Sequence record: NC_019500.1 | Source: Escherichia phage Bp7 | Length of the DNA: 64,000 nucleotides | Reading direction: 5' to 3' (one strand) | Translations under genes and position numbers: made by a program | Shown here: positions 28,404 through 38,291 of the stretch, one piece after another | Layout: every line of letters starts with the position of its first letter | How positions within the stretch are numbered: position 1 is the first letter of the stretch | The notes under the pieces: generated by a model | What the model saw: only the letters and a program-made list of their open reading frames with translations | Told to the model about the DNA's origin: nothing | Database searches by the model: none

Positions 28404-29182
28404 AATATTTCCTCGAAAAATTTGGTAACCATTTTACCGTAATGCACATTAGGATAACCGGCTTTAATGGCTTCTTTTGTAAATTTACCAACTTTAAGCT
28501 TTCCTGTATTTATCCAAAGCTCTTTAAGCTCATCATACATTAACCAGTGTGGATATTTCTTAGCCAAAGTAGCTTGCCAATTTTTAGAATGGTCCTCAGA
28601 CCTAAACGATTTCTTTACACCTTTATTGGCTTTGCCAGCTTTTGAACACGTTTCATAATCTCCGGCTTTAATAGGTGTAAATCCTTTCATTGCTTTAGAC
28701 CTTTTGGCTATGGTCTCTTTGGATTGCTTGGAGCCTTTATTTTTGGTCCAAGCCTTTTCTAAAGCTTTTAATTTGGCTTCTGTTAATCCAACTTTAGCCA
28801 TAGCTTTTCGGTGTATTTCTCTTCGTTCATCAGTCCATTCATAAGAACCGTTTGTATTACCAATCATGGCTTCGCTTATTAATCTAGAAGCATTTTCTTT
28901 TAAAATGGAAATAGACCTAGAGCTTATCTCATTTAATCTTTTGCCACATGTCATACCAAATGCGGCACGCCATAATTTTCCACCTTGAGCTTTAGCCAAG
29001 ATTATATGGCCCAAAATATGTTCCCTAATAGTCAATGCAACTAAATTGTTAGGGTCATCGGAACCACCTATCGACTTAGGAATAATATGATGAATTTCGA
29101 TTTTACAGGGCGCAGTAGCTTTGGTCCATCCTCTGGACCTAGCATTCTCTATTAAATCATCGTAAATTTTCTGATAATTCAA
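28400..29182 (-). CDS. HNH homing endonuclease (free-standing, between uvsW and uvsW.1)
   Basis: 260 aa; HHIIPKSIGGSDDPNNLVALTIREH HNH motif; overlapping start/stop with neighbours. Confidence 0.75.
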   Translation of the reverse strand: MNYQKIYDDLIENARSRGWTKATAPCKIEIHHIIPKSIGGSDDPNNLVALTIREHILGHIILAKAQGGKLWRAAFGMTCGKRLNEISSRSISILKENASRLISEAMIGNTNGSYEWTDERREIHRKAMAKVGLTEAKLKALEKAWTKNKGSKQSKETIAKRSKAMKGFTPIKAGDYETCSKAGKANKGVKKSFRSEDHSKNWQATLAKKYPHWLMYDELKELWINTGKLKVGKFTKEAIKAGYPNVHYGKMVTKFFEEIL

Positions 29183-30682
29183 AGCTGCACCTCTTTCATA
29201 ACATAATTAAATTTCTCGTCGGCGTATCGTTGTATACGTTCCAATCCATGTTTCAGGCAATAATTTAAATGAACATATTTCTTTTTAGAATCTTTAGATT
29301 TAGGGCGGACTCCCATATCATCCACGAGGTCCCAGACTTGGGCCACTTGTTTGCTATCGTGCTTACGTAGAACACGCCCAATTGTTTGCAGAACAATGAT
29401 TTTAGATTTTACGCCGTGAGCAAATACAACGTGGTGAAGGTTCTTAACGGAAATACCAGTAGAGAACACACCATAACTTGCCACAACAATAATACCCTTA
29501 CCATTTTCCGCCATTACTTTCAGAGCATTACGCGTTTCGGTATTAACTTCACCTGATACGTAATAAACTTCTTTATGTTGCTCTTTAACCATTTCAAAAA
29601 GAGTTTTACCGTGTTCGATGTTTTTAAACATCAGGAATACGTTCTCTTCTTTCTTAGCGAGTTTAACAGCTAAATTAGCAACCCATTTATTACGACGAGT
29701 AGCCTTAGTAATGACCTTGATTTCTGATTGGTAATCTTTACCTTTCATCTTAACAGTGAATTCGTCTGGGTATCGAAGGAAAATACTGTTGATTTTAAGG
29801 TCGGTAACCTGTCCTTCTTCCATTAACTGGGAAGTGGATACCGGCTTAAACACATCACCAAACAAACCCATATATTGCATTAAATTAGCTTTACCATCTT
29901 TTAAAGAACCAGACAAACCGAATTTAAACATACAGTTGGTTAGGCCTTCGATGATAGTAGAAATAGATTTACCTGTAGCCAAATGGCATTCGTCGTTCAT
30001 AAACATACCGAACTGAGCAAACCATTCTTTAGGTTGCTTGATAGCAGTTTGATAAGTTGAAACGTAAATCATTGCATCAGAATCACGAGCAGTACCTGAA
30101 CGAATACCAAGCATTGCTGCTTTAGGGAACAATCGATAATCGATGAAGTCATTAATCATCTGGTCGACAAGTGCAGTAGTAGGAACCAGAATAAGGATTT
30201 TACCTTCATAGTTCTCAACGTAATATCGACTCAGGAGCGCCTGGATTAATGATTTACCTGCGGATGTAGGTAAATTCAGAATTGCACGACGTTTTGTCAG
30301 GCCGTTGTATACGGCTTCATTCTGATACCAATGAGGCTCAATCTTGGTAGACCCTGAATAAATTTCTTGAGAAGCTACCCATGAATCAAAATCTTCACGA
30401 GAAATATCTTCCTGTTCAAGAATACGCGGGTCAATCCACAGAGAATATTCAAATTGTTCAGCGAACTTTTTAATTTGAGGGACAAGTCCATAAGGGCAAG
30501 TTTACGGCAGTTACGTAATCTAGAAGAAGAAGACTTCCATCCCATTGCCCATAACGAAATTTAGGGTTGAATTTATATCCATCGGCTTCAAAGCTAAAAT
30601 AGTCTCTGAGTTCGTAGAATGTGGATTCATCACACTCAATACGAACATGACTAAAATTATCGAAATGTACTTGAATTTGCAT
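29179..30682 (-). CDS. uvsW: DNA/RNA helicase UvsW (apparent 1-nt frameshift near 30490)
   Basis: N-terminus MQIQVHFDNFSHVRIECDESTFYELRDYFSFEADGYKFNPKFRYGQWDG; after frame change continues ...PYGLVPQIKKF...LPTSAGKS...DECH...QTIGRVLR; matches T4 UvsW in two frames. Confidence 0.8.
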
Positions 30683-30696
30683 AAGTAATTCTCAGT

Positions 30697-30704
30697 TATA
30701 AATA
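30697..30704 (+). promoter_or_regulatory. Late promoter TATAAATA for inh-hoc
   Basis: Exact octamer 33 nt upstream of inh ATG. Confidence 0.5.
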
Positions 30705-30710
30705 TAGTTA

Positions 30711-30718
30711 TATTTATA
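30711..30718 (-). promoter_or_regulatory. Late promoter TATAAATA (minus strand) for uvsW
   Basis: Exact octamer on minus strand upstream of uvsW start. Confidence 0.5.
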
Positions 30719-30737
30719 CACCAACAAGAGACTAATT

Positions 30738-31409
30738 ATGGATACTCAATATATTGAAGAGCTTCGTGCACTCGAAGATAAAAAAGAAGCTAAAGCTAAG
30801 TTAATCGAATACGGCGAACAGTTCGGTTTAAAACTTAAGAAAACCCGTTCGTTTGATAATTTGATTATCGATATCTCTGAAGGCCTTAAAGCCCTGGCTG
30901 ATGAACCACTTCCAGAAACCGAAGGGTTGTCTATTTCTGATTTGATTGATGCTGATAACGAACTCACCGGTGGTAATGACTTTATCGAAGGTGTAGAACC
31001 AGCTAAAGAAGAAGCCACCCTGTTGTTCGATGCTCCTGAGGCTGTAGTCGAAGTCATTGAGGTAGCCGAACTTCCTAAGGTCGAGATTATTGAAGAAGAT
31101 GTCCCATTTGACGAAGAGAAATTCAAAGAGGCTGTAGCCAAGGTTGTTGAATTGGAAAAACCTGTATTCTCTTTACCTGAAAACTTCAGCCCTAATCTTT
31201 TGCTTATCGGTAAGAACCCTGGCTATTGCACCGTTCCTTGGTGGATTTACCAATGGATTTCTGAGACCCCGGATTGGAAAGAACGTCCAACTGCTTTCCA
31301 ACATCCTTCTGCCCACCAAACATTATTTAGTCTGATTTATTACATTAATCGTAATGGTTCAGTATTAGTACGTGAAACTCGTAACTCATCTTTTGTCACT
31401 TTAAAATAA
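30738..31409 (+). CDS. inh: Inhibitor of prohead protease Inh
   Basis: 223 aa; position between uvsW and hoc; size matches T4 Inh. Confidence 0.7.
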   Translation: MDTQYIEELRALEDKKEAKAKLIEYGEQFGLKLKKTRSFDNLIIDISEGLKALADEPLPETEGLSISDLIDADNELTGGNDFIEGVEPAKEEATLLFDAPEAVVEVIEVAELPKVEIIEEDVPFDEEKFKEAVAKVVELEKPVFSLPENFSPNLLLIGKNPGYCTVPWWIYQWISETPDWKERPTAFQHPSAHQTLFSLIYYINRNGSVLVRETRNSSFVTLK

Positions 31410-31418
31410 GGGTTTATT

Positions 31419-32267
31419 ATGGCTTATACCGTAGATATGGCTCCTTTGGCGGCTACGGCCGTTATTGGAGCAACAACCAATTTCACTGCGACCGGTTCCG
31501 GTGCTGCAGCTGAAGGTACCGAATCATTTGTCTGGACCGTTGATGGCGTTCCTCAATCTTCTGTGACTGCTGCAATGGATTATGTTGCTGTTGGCCCGGC
31601 AGGCAGCAAGACTATTAAAGTTGTTGCAACAACTACACCGGCGGACGGCGAACCAGAAACAGCTGAAGCCGAAACAACTTTAACTATCCAGAATAAAACC
31701 ATTTCCGGTGTTTCTGTGACATTAACCCCAGCTTCGATTAATGTTCCGGAAGGCACTCCAGCTTCTTTTAAAGCGGATGTGGTCGGCGCTCCTGCTGGTG
31801 CTACTTTTGCCTATTCTTGGAAGAAAGACGGTTCTCCTGTAGTTGGCACCACGGATACTCTAGCAATCGATACAAGCACTGAAGGTTCACAGGTTATTGA
31901 AGTTTCTGTTGTGGTTTCGGCGACTGATTATAACCCGGCGACTGTCACAAAAACCGGTAATGTAACAGTCACGGCTAAAGTCGCACCGGTTCCGGATGGC
32001 GAATTACCTTACGTTCATCCACTCCCTGTTCGTAATTCAGCATATATTTGGGTTGGTTGGTGGGTTATGGATGAAATCCAGAAAATGACTCTTGAAGGCA
32101 AAGACTGGAAAACAGATGACCCGGATAGCCCGTATTATTTGCACCGATATACACTTCAAAAAATGATTACCGACTATCCAGAGGTTGATGTACAAGAATC
32201 TCGTAATGGTCGAATTATTCATCGCACCGCTTTAGAAGCTGGTATTATATACGATTACGTTTACTAA
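31419..32267 (+). CDS. hoc: Outer capsid protein Hoc (shortened)
   Basis: Ig-like repeats and conserved capsid-binding C-terminus ...LPYVHPLPVRNSAYIWVGWWVMDEIQKMT...YYLHRYTLQKM...; 282 aa vs 376 in T4. Confidence 0.85.
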   Translation: MAYTVDMAPLAATAVIGATTNFTATGSGAAAEGTESFVWTVDGVPQSSVTAAMDYVAVGPAGSKTIKVVATTTPADGEPETAEAETTLTIQNKTISGVSVTLTPASINVPEGTPASFKADVVGAPAGATFAYSWKKDGSPVVGTTDTLAIDTSTEGSQVIEVSVVVSATDYNPATVTKTGNVTVTAKVAPVPDGELPYVHPLPVRNSAYIWVGWWVMDEIQKMTLEGKDWKTDDPDSPYYLHRYTLQKMITDYPEVDVQESRNGRIIHRTALEAGIIYDYVY

Positions 32268-32270
32268 TTA

Positions 32271-32291
32271 TGGGCCGCAAGGCCCATTTTG
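32271..32291 (+). terminator. Rho-independent terminator TGGGCCGCAAGGCCCA + TTTT
   Basis: Hairpin plus T run after hoc. Confidence 0.6.
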
Positions 32292-32581
32292 CATTAAAGT
32301 ACAAAATTCCTGTTTACAAGGACTCTAGTCTATGTTAAGATGGGTTTACCAACTCAACGAGAGAATTGTTATGGATAAGGTTAAAGTACATTTTTTACAC
32401 GAATCCGGGTTGAATTTTATAGAAATTGCTAAAAAAATGGGCGGGACCGCTAAGGATATGGCCAAAGCATGGGTTGATGTAGAACAAGCCTAGAGCCAAA
32501 TTTAAAGCGAAAGAAAAGGTTGTTTATCGTAAAAGATTGAACAACAAGGTTCGGCGCAAAGCGCGTTCTGGTTCAAAGTAA

Positions 32582-32609
32582 TATGCTTTAAATTTAGGTG
32601 TGATATAAT
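32582..32609 (+). promoter_or_regulatory. Putative middle promoter (MotA box TATGCTTTA, 13 nt, TATAAT) upstream of rnlB
   Basis: Motif match. Confidence 0.5.
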
Positions 32610-32695
32610 GAGTCTAGGTCCTTCCGTTAAACCATTTGGCTTGGTGACAGAAGACTACTAGCTCTTCTATTTAATTATATTTATTATGGTGATTT

Positions 32696-33703
32696 ATGTT
32701 CAAGAAATATAGCAGTCTCGAAAACCACTACAACAGTAAGTTTATCGAAAAACTCCGTACTAATGGTTTGACTGGTGGTGAATGGGTAGCACGTGAGAAG
32801 ATTCATGGAACCAACTTTAGTTTAATCATAGAACGTGACGCAGTCACATGCGCCAAGCGCACTGGCCCTATCCTCCCTGCTGAAGATTTCTATGGTTATG
32901 AAATTGTACTTAAGAACTACGCTGATTCTATTAAATCAGTTCAACATCTAATTGAATCGATTAATTATCAGTCATACCAGATTTATGGCGAATTCGCTGG
33001 GACAGGTATCCAGAAGAATGTGGACTACGGCGATAAAGACTTTTATGTGTTCGATATCCGAGTTACTAAAGAAGATGGCTCAGAATCTGTTCTAACCGAT
33101 ACATTGATGGAAGCCTTCTGTATTATCCATAAGTTTAAGGTAGCTCCATGTCTGGCCACTGGTAGCTTTGAAGACCTTATTAAACTTCCTAATGATTTTG
33201 ATTCAGTTGTTCCTGATTATAATTTTGCAGTGGATAACGCAGGCTTAACTATTGCAAACTCAACCGATTTTATTCCTAAGGTAGAAGGTAAGGTATTCAC
33301 GGCTGAAGGCTTTGTATTGAAACCTGATGTTCCTACCTGGCTTCCAAACGGAAATCGTGTGGCGATTAAATGTAAGAACTCTAAATTCAGCGAGAAGAAA
33401 AAGTCTGATAAGCCTATTAAAGTTGCAGTGGTTTTATCCCAAGATGATATGGATTTGATGTGGCAATTCACTGATTATGTGACTGTTAACCGCATTAACA
33501 ATGTCATCAGTAAGATTGGCGAAGTATCGCCGAAGGATTTCGGAAAGGTGATGGGCTTGACAGTCCAGGATATCCTTGAAGAAGCCGCCCGTGAAGAATT
33601 GGAATTAACTGATGCGGAAAATCCCGTTGAAGTTAAAAAGCAGCTCGTTGAGTGTGTAAAAGAAACATTAAGACATGTATGGATTGAACTAGTATCCAAA
33701 TAA
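32696..33703 (+). CDS. rnlB: RNA ligase 2
   Basis: [20 protein letters not shown]...[10 protein letters not shown] (KxHG adenylation motif); near-identical to T4 Rnl2. Confidence 0.9.
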   Translation: MFKKYSSLENHYNSKFIEKLRTNGLTGGEWVAREKIHGTNFSLIIERDAVTCAKRTGPILPAEDFYGYEIVLKNYADSIKSVQHLIESINYQSYQIYGEFAGTGIQKNVDYGDKDFYVFDIRVTKEDGSESVLTDTLMEAFCIIHKFKVAPCLATGSFEDLIKLPNDFDSVVPDYNFAVDNAGLTIANSTDFIPKVEGKVFTAEGFVLKPDVPTWLPNGNRVAIKCKNSKFSEKKKSDKPIKVAVVLSQDDMDLMWQFTDYVTVNRINNVISKIGEVSPKDFGKVMGLTVQDILEEAAREELELTDAENPVEVKKQLVECVKETLRHVWIELVSK

Positions 33704-33710
33704 ACGATAA

Positions 33711-33738
33711 AGGGACCGTAAGGTCCCTTTTATTTTTC
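33711..33738. terminator. Bidirectional terminator AGGGACCGTAAGGTCCCT + T-tract
   Basis: Hairpin between convergent rnlB and gene 24 paralog. Confidence 0.6.
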
Positions 33739-35010
33739 TAAAGGCGGTAATTTTACGCCGAGATAAGAACTCAATTGACTTTGATTAGCCATTTTGTCCA
33801 TATCAGAACCATCAATAATGCGGGCTTCTTTATCGTCCTTAGCGACGGTATAAGGGTTTGCAGTCAATGCATAACGAGCAAGCAATGCTACTGTAGGTTG
33901 TAAGCTTTCCGGGTCAACAATAACCTTAAATTCACCAACTGAAGTATCACCTTCTTCGTCAACCACATTCAAACCTTCCGTATAAGGCGCATAATATAAA
34001 GATGCGACCGTCTGTCCTTCACCCATCTGGGCATTTACACCAACAATAACATAATCACATGGACTATTCATATCAGCATAAAGTGGTAGGCCATTCTTTA
34101 ATATACCATAAGCCAATTCGTCCTGGTCTTCCTTTTTCTCAACCCAACCAGAGGCGGCGAGAATAGCAGCACAACGAGAACTAGCTACTGCATAAGTCCC
34201 GGCAAAAGAAGTCTGTCGTTGGACGGCAGAGTTCATCTCACACATATAATAATATAATGTGCGAGCACGGTCCTGGGCATTATCGTAGCGAGGGTTGGTA
34301 AGGTCTAATACACCCTTTTCAGAAACACCCTGGACTTTAAAACGAGAGCTCACGGTAATTAATGACTGTAATACATCCTTATTAATTTCTTCTGCCATTT
34401 GAATGCCTAGCAGATTTTCAACGAAATTAGGAGCATTAAACCCGTTAGATTCTAGGTCTTGGGCTAATTCGACTGTCAATGAAGTTTTCAGTTTACGTGA
34501 TTTAACTTCAGATTGCCATTTGTCGATGCGGAATCCGGTTTCAGCAATTTCAGGATGGCCTTGTTCAAATTTAGAAGTAATAGCAGCATCCGACACCATA
34601 CGGATATGGCCGGCTGCCACTGCTTCAGAAATAACTTCGCTGAGGTTGGTTTCTGTGGTTCCGGCGAAAGGAGATGCTTCTAGAACTTTAAACACTACGC
34701 TTTCAAACTGGAACATATCACCGACCGCATAAGCTGTAGATGAATCAGTAAATTCTGGAATATTTTCACGTTCCGTCATACCAATCTGGCCCGCAAATGT
34801 TGCTCCACCAAGATAAGTCATTTTGTCGTCAGGGTTCAGTACACGTACCCCATACAGAGCAGCAACCGGTTGATTTGTTTTTTGTTCAGCAACTAGGGCT
34901 TTAAAGATTCGTTTATTAGTTGCTTGGGTGTATGAAAGAAGAGCAGGACGGCCAACCGAGCTGGCAGCCGTCAATGTGGATTCTTTAATTAGGTCTACAA
35001 TCTTAGACAT
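33730..35010 (-). CDS. Capsid vertex protein gp24 paralog (divergent second copy)
   Basis: 426 aa; gp24/gp23-fold conserved blocks (KSRKLKTSLTVELAQDLESNGF, YYAPYTEGL, RYALTANPYTVAKDDKEARIID). Confidence 0.85.
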   Translation of the reverse strand: MSKIVDLIKESTLTAASSVGRPALLSYTQATNKRIFKALVAEQKTNQPVAALYGVRVLNPDDKMTYLGGATFAGQIGMTERENIPEFTDSSTAYAVGDMFQFESVVFKVLEASPFAGTTETNLSEVISEAVAAGHIRMVSDAAITSKFEQGHPEIAETGFRIDKWQSEVKSRKLKTSLTVELAQDLESNGFNAPNFVENLLGIQMAEEINKDVLQSLITVSSRFKVQGVSEKGVLDLTNPRYDNAQDRARTLYYYMCEMNSAVQRQTSFAGTYAVASSRCAAILAASGWVEKKEDQDELAYGILKNGLPLYADMNSPCDYVIVGVNAQMGEGQTVASLYYAPYTEGLNVVDEEGDTSVGEFKVIVDPESLQPTVALLARYALTANPYTVAKDDKEARIIDGSDMDKMANQSQLSSYLGVKLPPLEK

Positions 35011-36293
35011 TAATCAGCCTCGTAAATAATTGCCGGAAGTTTAACGCCAACCAGATAAGACATATTGCTCTGTCCAGCCATTAAATCCATATTGGTTGCA
35101 TCGATAACACGAGCTTCTTTATCGTCTTTAGCCACGGTGTACGGGTTAGCTGATAGTGCATAACGAACCATCAGAGAAATAGAAGGTTGTAATGAATCCG
35201 GGTCAACAATAACCTTATAAGCACCGACGTGTTCTTGGTCATCTAAATCTAAGCCTTCGGTATAGGGAGCGTAGAAAATAGAACCGACAACTTCATTACC
35301 GCCGTAATTCTCTTTAACACCAACGGTAACATAATCTAATGGACTGTTAACGTCACAAAACAGAGGCAGACCATTCAACAAATATCCGTATGCAGTTTCC
35401 GGAAGCCAATTATTATCTTCGGGTTTATGTTTTAACCAGCCAGAACCTGCAAGCATTGCAGCCACACGACTTGAAGCCACAACAAACGTGCCAGAATAAG
35501 AAGTAGTTTTCTGGATTTCAGAATTCATCTCACAAACGAGTTCATAAAGTTTACGTGCAGATTCAGGAGCACTGTCATAAGACAAATCGATGATGCCGTT
35601 ATCAGATACACCAGTAACTTTATAACGTTTGGATACGGTTATTAGAGATTGCAGAACGTCTTTATTAATTTCATCTGCCATTACTGTAGCCAAGAGGTCT
35701 TCTAAGAACGCCGGCGCGTCAAAGCCATTTGATTCCATATCCTGCGCTAATTCTACAGTCAAAGCCGTCTTCAATTTACGGGTCTTAACCGGAGCATTCC
35801 ATTTATTAACCTGGAATACGGCATCAGAGATTTCTACATCACTCGCTTCAAATTTAGTGGTATGGGCAGCATCAGGAACCAGACGACATGTTAATGACAC
35901 TAAACCTTCTTGAAGAGCATCAGCCAATTCTGTGGCGCTAGTGGACGCGAGTGGGCTTGCTTTAAGAGCCTTATAAACCACATTCTGATACTTGAAATAT
36001 TCACCCTGAGCAATCGCCTGGGCCTTATCTGTGAGTTCTGGGATAGTTTCACGGTCTTTAGAACCAACTTCACCACCATAAGAGGCACCTGTCTGGAAAC
36101 TAAATTCATTATCAGGGGTAAGATATTTGACACCATACAGTGCAGCAATAGGCTGGCTAGTACGTTGTTCGGCGATAATATCACGGTAAATCAATTTGGT
36201 TGTAGCACGGGTCAAAGCAACAAGATTAGGGCGACCCAATGAGTTGCTGGAAGTAGTTGTTGACTCGCGCAGTAATTCGTTAATCTTTGCCAT
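35010..36293 (-). CDS. 24: Capsid vertex protein gp24
   Basis: 427 aa; MAKINELLRESTTTSSNSLGRPNLVALTRATTKLIY... matches T4 gp24. Confidence 0.9.
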   Translation of the reverse strand: MAKINELLRESTTTSSNSLGRPNLVALTRATTKLIYRDIIAEQRTSQPIAALYGVKYLTPDNEFSFQTGASYGGEVGSKDRETIPELTDKAQAIAQGEYFKYQNVVYKALKASPLASTSATELADALQEGLVSLTCRLVPDAAHTTKFEASDVEISDAVFQVNKWNAPVKTRKLKTALTVELAQDMESNGFDAPAFLEDLLATVMADEINKDVLQSLITVSKRYKVTGVSDNGIIDLSYDSAPESARKLYELVCEMNSEIQKTTSYSGTFVVASSRVAAMLAGSGWLKHKPEDNNWLPETAYGYLLNGLPLFCDVNSPLDYVTVGVKENYGGNEVVGSIFYAPYTEGLDLDDQEHVGAYKVIVDPDSLQPSISLMVRYALSANPYTVAKDDKEARVIDATNMDLMAGQSNMSYLVGVKLPAIIYEAD

Positions 36294-36321
36294 TGCGCTT
36301 TCCTTATTGAGGGTATATGTT

Positions 36322-36329
36322 TATTTATA
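36322..36329 (-). promoter_or_regulatory. Late promoter TATAAATA (minus) for gene 24
   Basis: Exact octamer about 30 nt upstream of gene 24 start. Confidence 0.55.
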
Positions 36330-36335
36330 AAAGTT

Positions 36336-36365
36336 GTTTACAGCAAGATTCTCACATGTTACTAT
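36336..36365 (+). promoter_or_regulatory. Putative early promoter (GTTTAC, 18 nt, TACTAT)
   Basis: Motif match. Confidence 0.5.
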
Positions 36366-36394
36366 AGACCTATCAAAACATGAGGAGATTAAAA

Positions 36395-36661
36395 ATGAAC
36401 AAGTTAAACTTTATTCGTACTACTCTTTCCGCTCTTGATAAAGACATCAAAGCTCTGGTAGAAAAATTCGGTAACAATCCTAATGGTAATGCAGTGAATG
36501 CCTTAGTTAAGAAATACGAAGCCATGGCTTATGCTACCGACTTCTGGTGGAACGGTGAATACTCTACCCATACCAAAGACAAATCTGGTAACTGGCTGAA
36601 AATCCAAGAAAATCGTATTGACTTCCGTGATATCATCAACCGCCGAGTTAAGATTGCATAA
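36395..36661 (+). CDS. Hypothetical small protein, antisense-oriented between genes 24 and 23
   Basis: 88 aa; RBS gaggag 7 nt upstream; own promoter and terminator. Confidence 0.55.
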   Translation: MNKLNFIRTTLSALDKDIKALVEKFGNNPNGNAVNALVKKYEAMAYATDFWWNGEYSTHTKDKSGNWLKIQENRIDFRDIINRRVKIA

Positions 36662-36676
36662 TACAGAAACAAGAAT

Positions 36677-36700
36677 GGGAGACCGAAGTCTCCCATAATA
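36677..36700. terminator. Hairpin GGGAGACCGAAGTCTCCC between convergent ORF and gene 23
   Basis: Perfect 7-bp stem, tetraloop. Confidence 0.5.
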
Positions 36701-36710
36701 AGGTTATATC

Positions 36711-38270
36711 TTAGATACCTTTAACATATACGCGACGGAAGTAACCATTCAGACCAAGGCTGTTAACGATGTCAGGCATACCATTCTGGATACGTTTGGT
36801 AGGAGCCTGAGCAGCAGGGTCAGCGAACGGGTTGATACCGATACCGTAACGAGTTTTGAAGCCCATTACCGGTTGGAAGTTCTTCGGATCGGAACCACGC
36901 AGCGGGGTCAGTGCAACGTACGGAGCATAGTAGATACCTGCGTCCATTTCGTTAGCGCCTTTATAACCAATGGTGAAGTAATCGGAACGTGCATACTGGT
37001 CGATGTAAACGCGATATTTACCACCAAGAACACCGGCAAATACTGCTTTGGTTGTGTCAACGTTGAAACCTTGACCCAGACCTTGAGCTGCATAACTTAC
37101 AGAAGTATCAACTGCAGCCAGTACGTTAACTACGTTACGGGAAGCGATGATGAAGTTACCAGCACCACGACCGGTCTGACGAGCGATTTCCGCTGCTTCT
37201 TTATCAATCTGGAACAGAAGGGCTTTAAAGCTCTCACCGGCCCAACGAGCACCACGGATATCAATCGGGTCCTGGAAGTCAAACACACCAGCTTTAGCGC
37301 CGACGGTGTTAGTCATACCAGATTTACCAACCTGTGCAGAGTAGTTAATCCAATCGATAACTTCACGGTTGATTTCGAGCATAATTTCGGTAGCAAGGAT
37401 ACCGGACAGTTCAGCATCTGCATCCATACCGTGTACTGCACGAAGGTCCTGTGCCAGTTCGATAGAGTAGCTTGCTTTCAGCTGACGGGATTTAGCTTCG
37501 ATAACTTGTTTGTCGATGCGGAAGCCCATTTCGTTCCACGGGTTATCGGTAGAACCGTTAAAGCCTTCCTGAAGTTCAGCGATAGAAGTAGCCATACCTT
37601 CAGCCAATTCAGCCAACTTACCAGCTTCAATCAAAGCGGTAACAGCAGCATCCAGTTTAGCGGCATCAGTAGCAGCAGCATCAACGGTTACAGCTTCAAC
37701 AGCCTGGAAGTGTGCAGCACCGGTAGCTTCGAAGAAGTGGGAATAAATTTTACCAACTTCCAGAACTTTGCTTGCAGCCAGTGCTTCGAAAGATTTAGCA
37801 GCACCCTGACCAGAGAACATAGCGTCCGGAGAATACATCGGATGGAAAGCTTCTTTAGCGCCAGCAGCGATAGGGTCTTTACCATAAACTGCACGAAGGG
37901 CAAATACCTGGCCGGTAGGGTTATTCAGAGGCTGAACACCACAAATGTCAAAAGCAATCAGATGAGGAATAGCACGACGAACCATACCCATTACTGCCGG
38001 CCCAATCTGAGTTACAGCACCAGAAGTCTGGCCAGCTGCGATATTGGTAGCATCATAACCGTGGTCACCACCGATTTCAGCTTCGGTCAGGAAAGAACCA
38101 AATGCTTCAGAGATTTTTTCGTCACGATATTCCGGAGCAGTCAGGATGTCTTGTTCCTGGTTTTCGAAAATTTTAGCGATGATAGCTTGTTTAGAAGCAC
38201 CAACGATTTCAGGAAGAGCTTCGTTTTCCAGCAGAGCGGACCATTTTTGAACTAATGCATTCTTTTTCAT
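36711..38270 (-). CDS. 23: Major capsid protein gp23
   Basis: 519 aa; long identical stretches to T4 gp23 (GDHGYDATNIAAGQTSGAVTQIGPAVMGMVRRAIP..., C-terminus RVYVKGI). Confidence 0.95.
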   Translation of the reverse strand: MKKNALVQKWSALLENEALPEIVGASKQAIIAKIFENQEQDILTAPEYRDEKISEAFGSFLTEAEIGGDHGYDATNIAAGQTSGAVTQIGPAVMGMVRRAIPHLIAFDICGVQPLNNPTGQVFALRAVYGKDPIAAGAKEAFHPMYSPDAMFSGQGAAKSFEALAASKVLEVGKIYSHFFEATGAAHFQAVEAVTVDAAATDAAKLDAAVTALIEAGKLAELAEGMATSIAELQEGFNGSTDNPWNEMGFRIDKQVIEAKSRQLKASYSIELAQDLRAVHGMDADAELSGILATEIMLEINREVIDWINYSAQVGKSGMTNTVGAKAGVFDFQDPIDIRGARWAGESFKALLFQIDKEAAEIARQTGRGAGNFIIASRNVVNVLAAVDTSVSYAAQGLGQGFNVDTTKAVFAGVLGGKYRVYIDQYARSDYFTIGYKGANEMDAGIYYAPYVALTPLRGSDPKNFQPVMGFKTRYGIGINPFADPAAQAPTKRIQNGMPDIVNSLGLNGYFRRVYVKGI

Positions 38271-38291
38271 GTGTTGTATAACCTTATTAAA

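Noticed and set aside
36873-38255. 460-aa plus-strand ORF
   Set aside because: Lies entirely antisense to the highly conserved major capsid gene 23; Ser/Thr/Phe-rich low-complexity translation typical of an antisense frame; no RBS.
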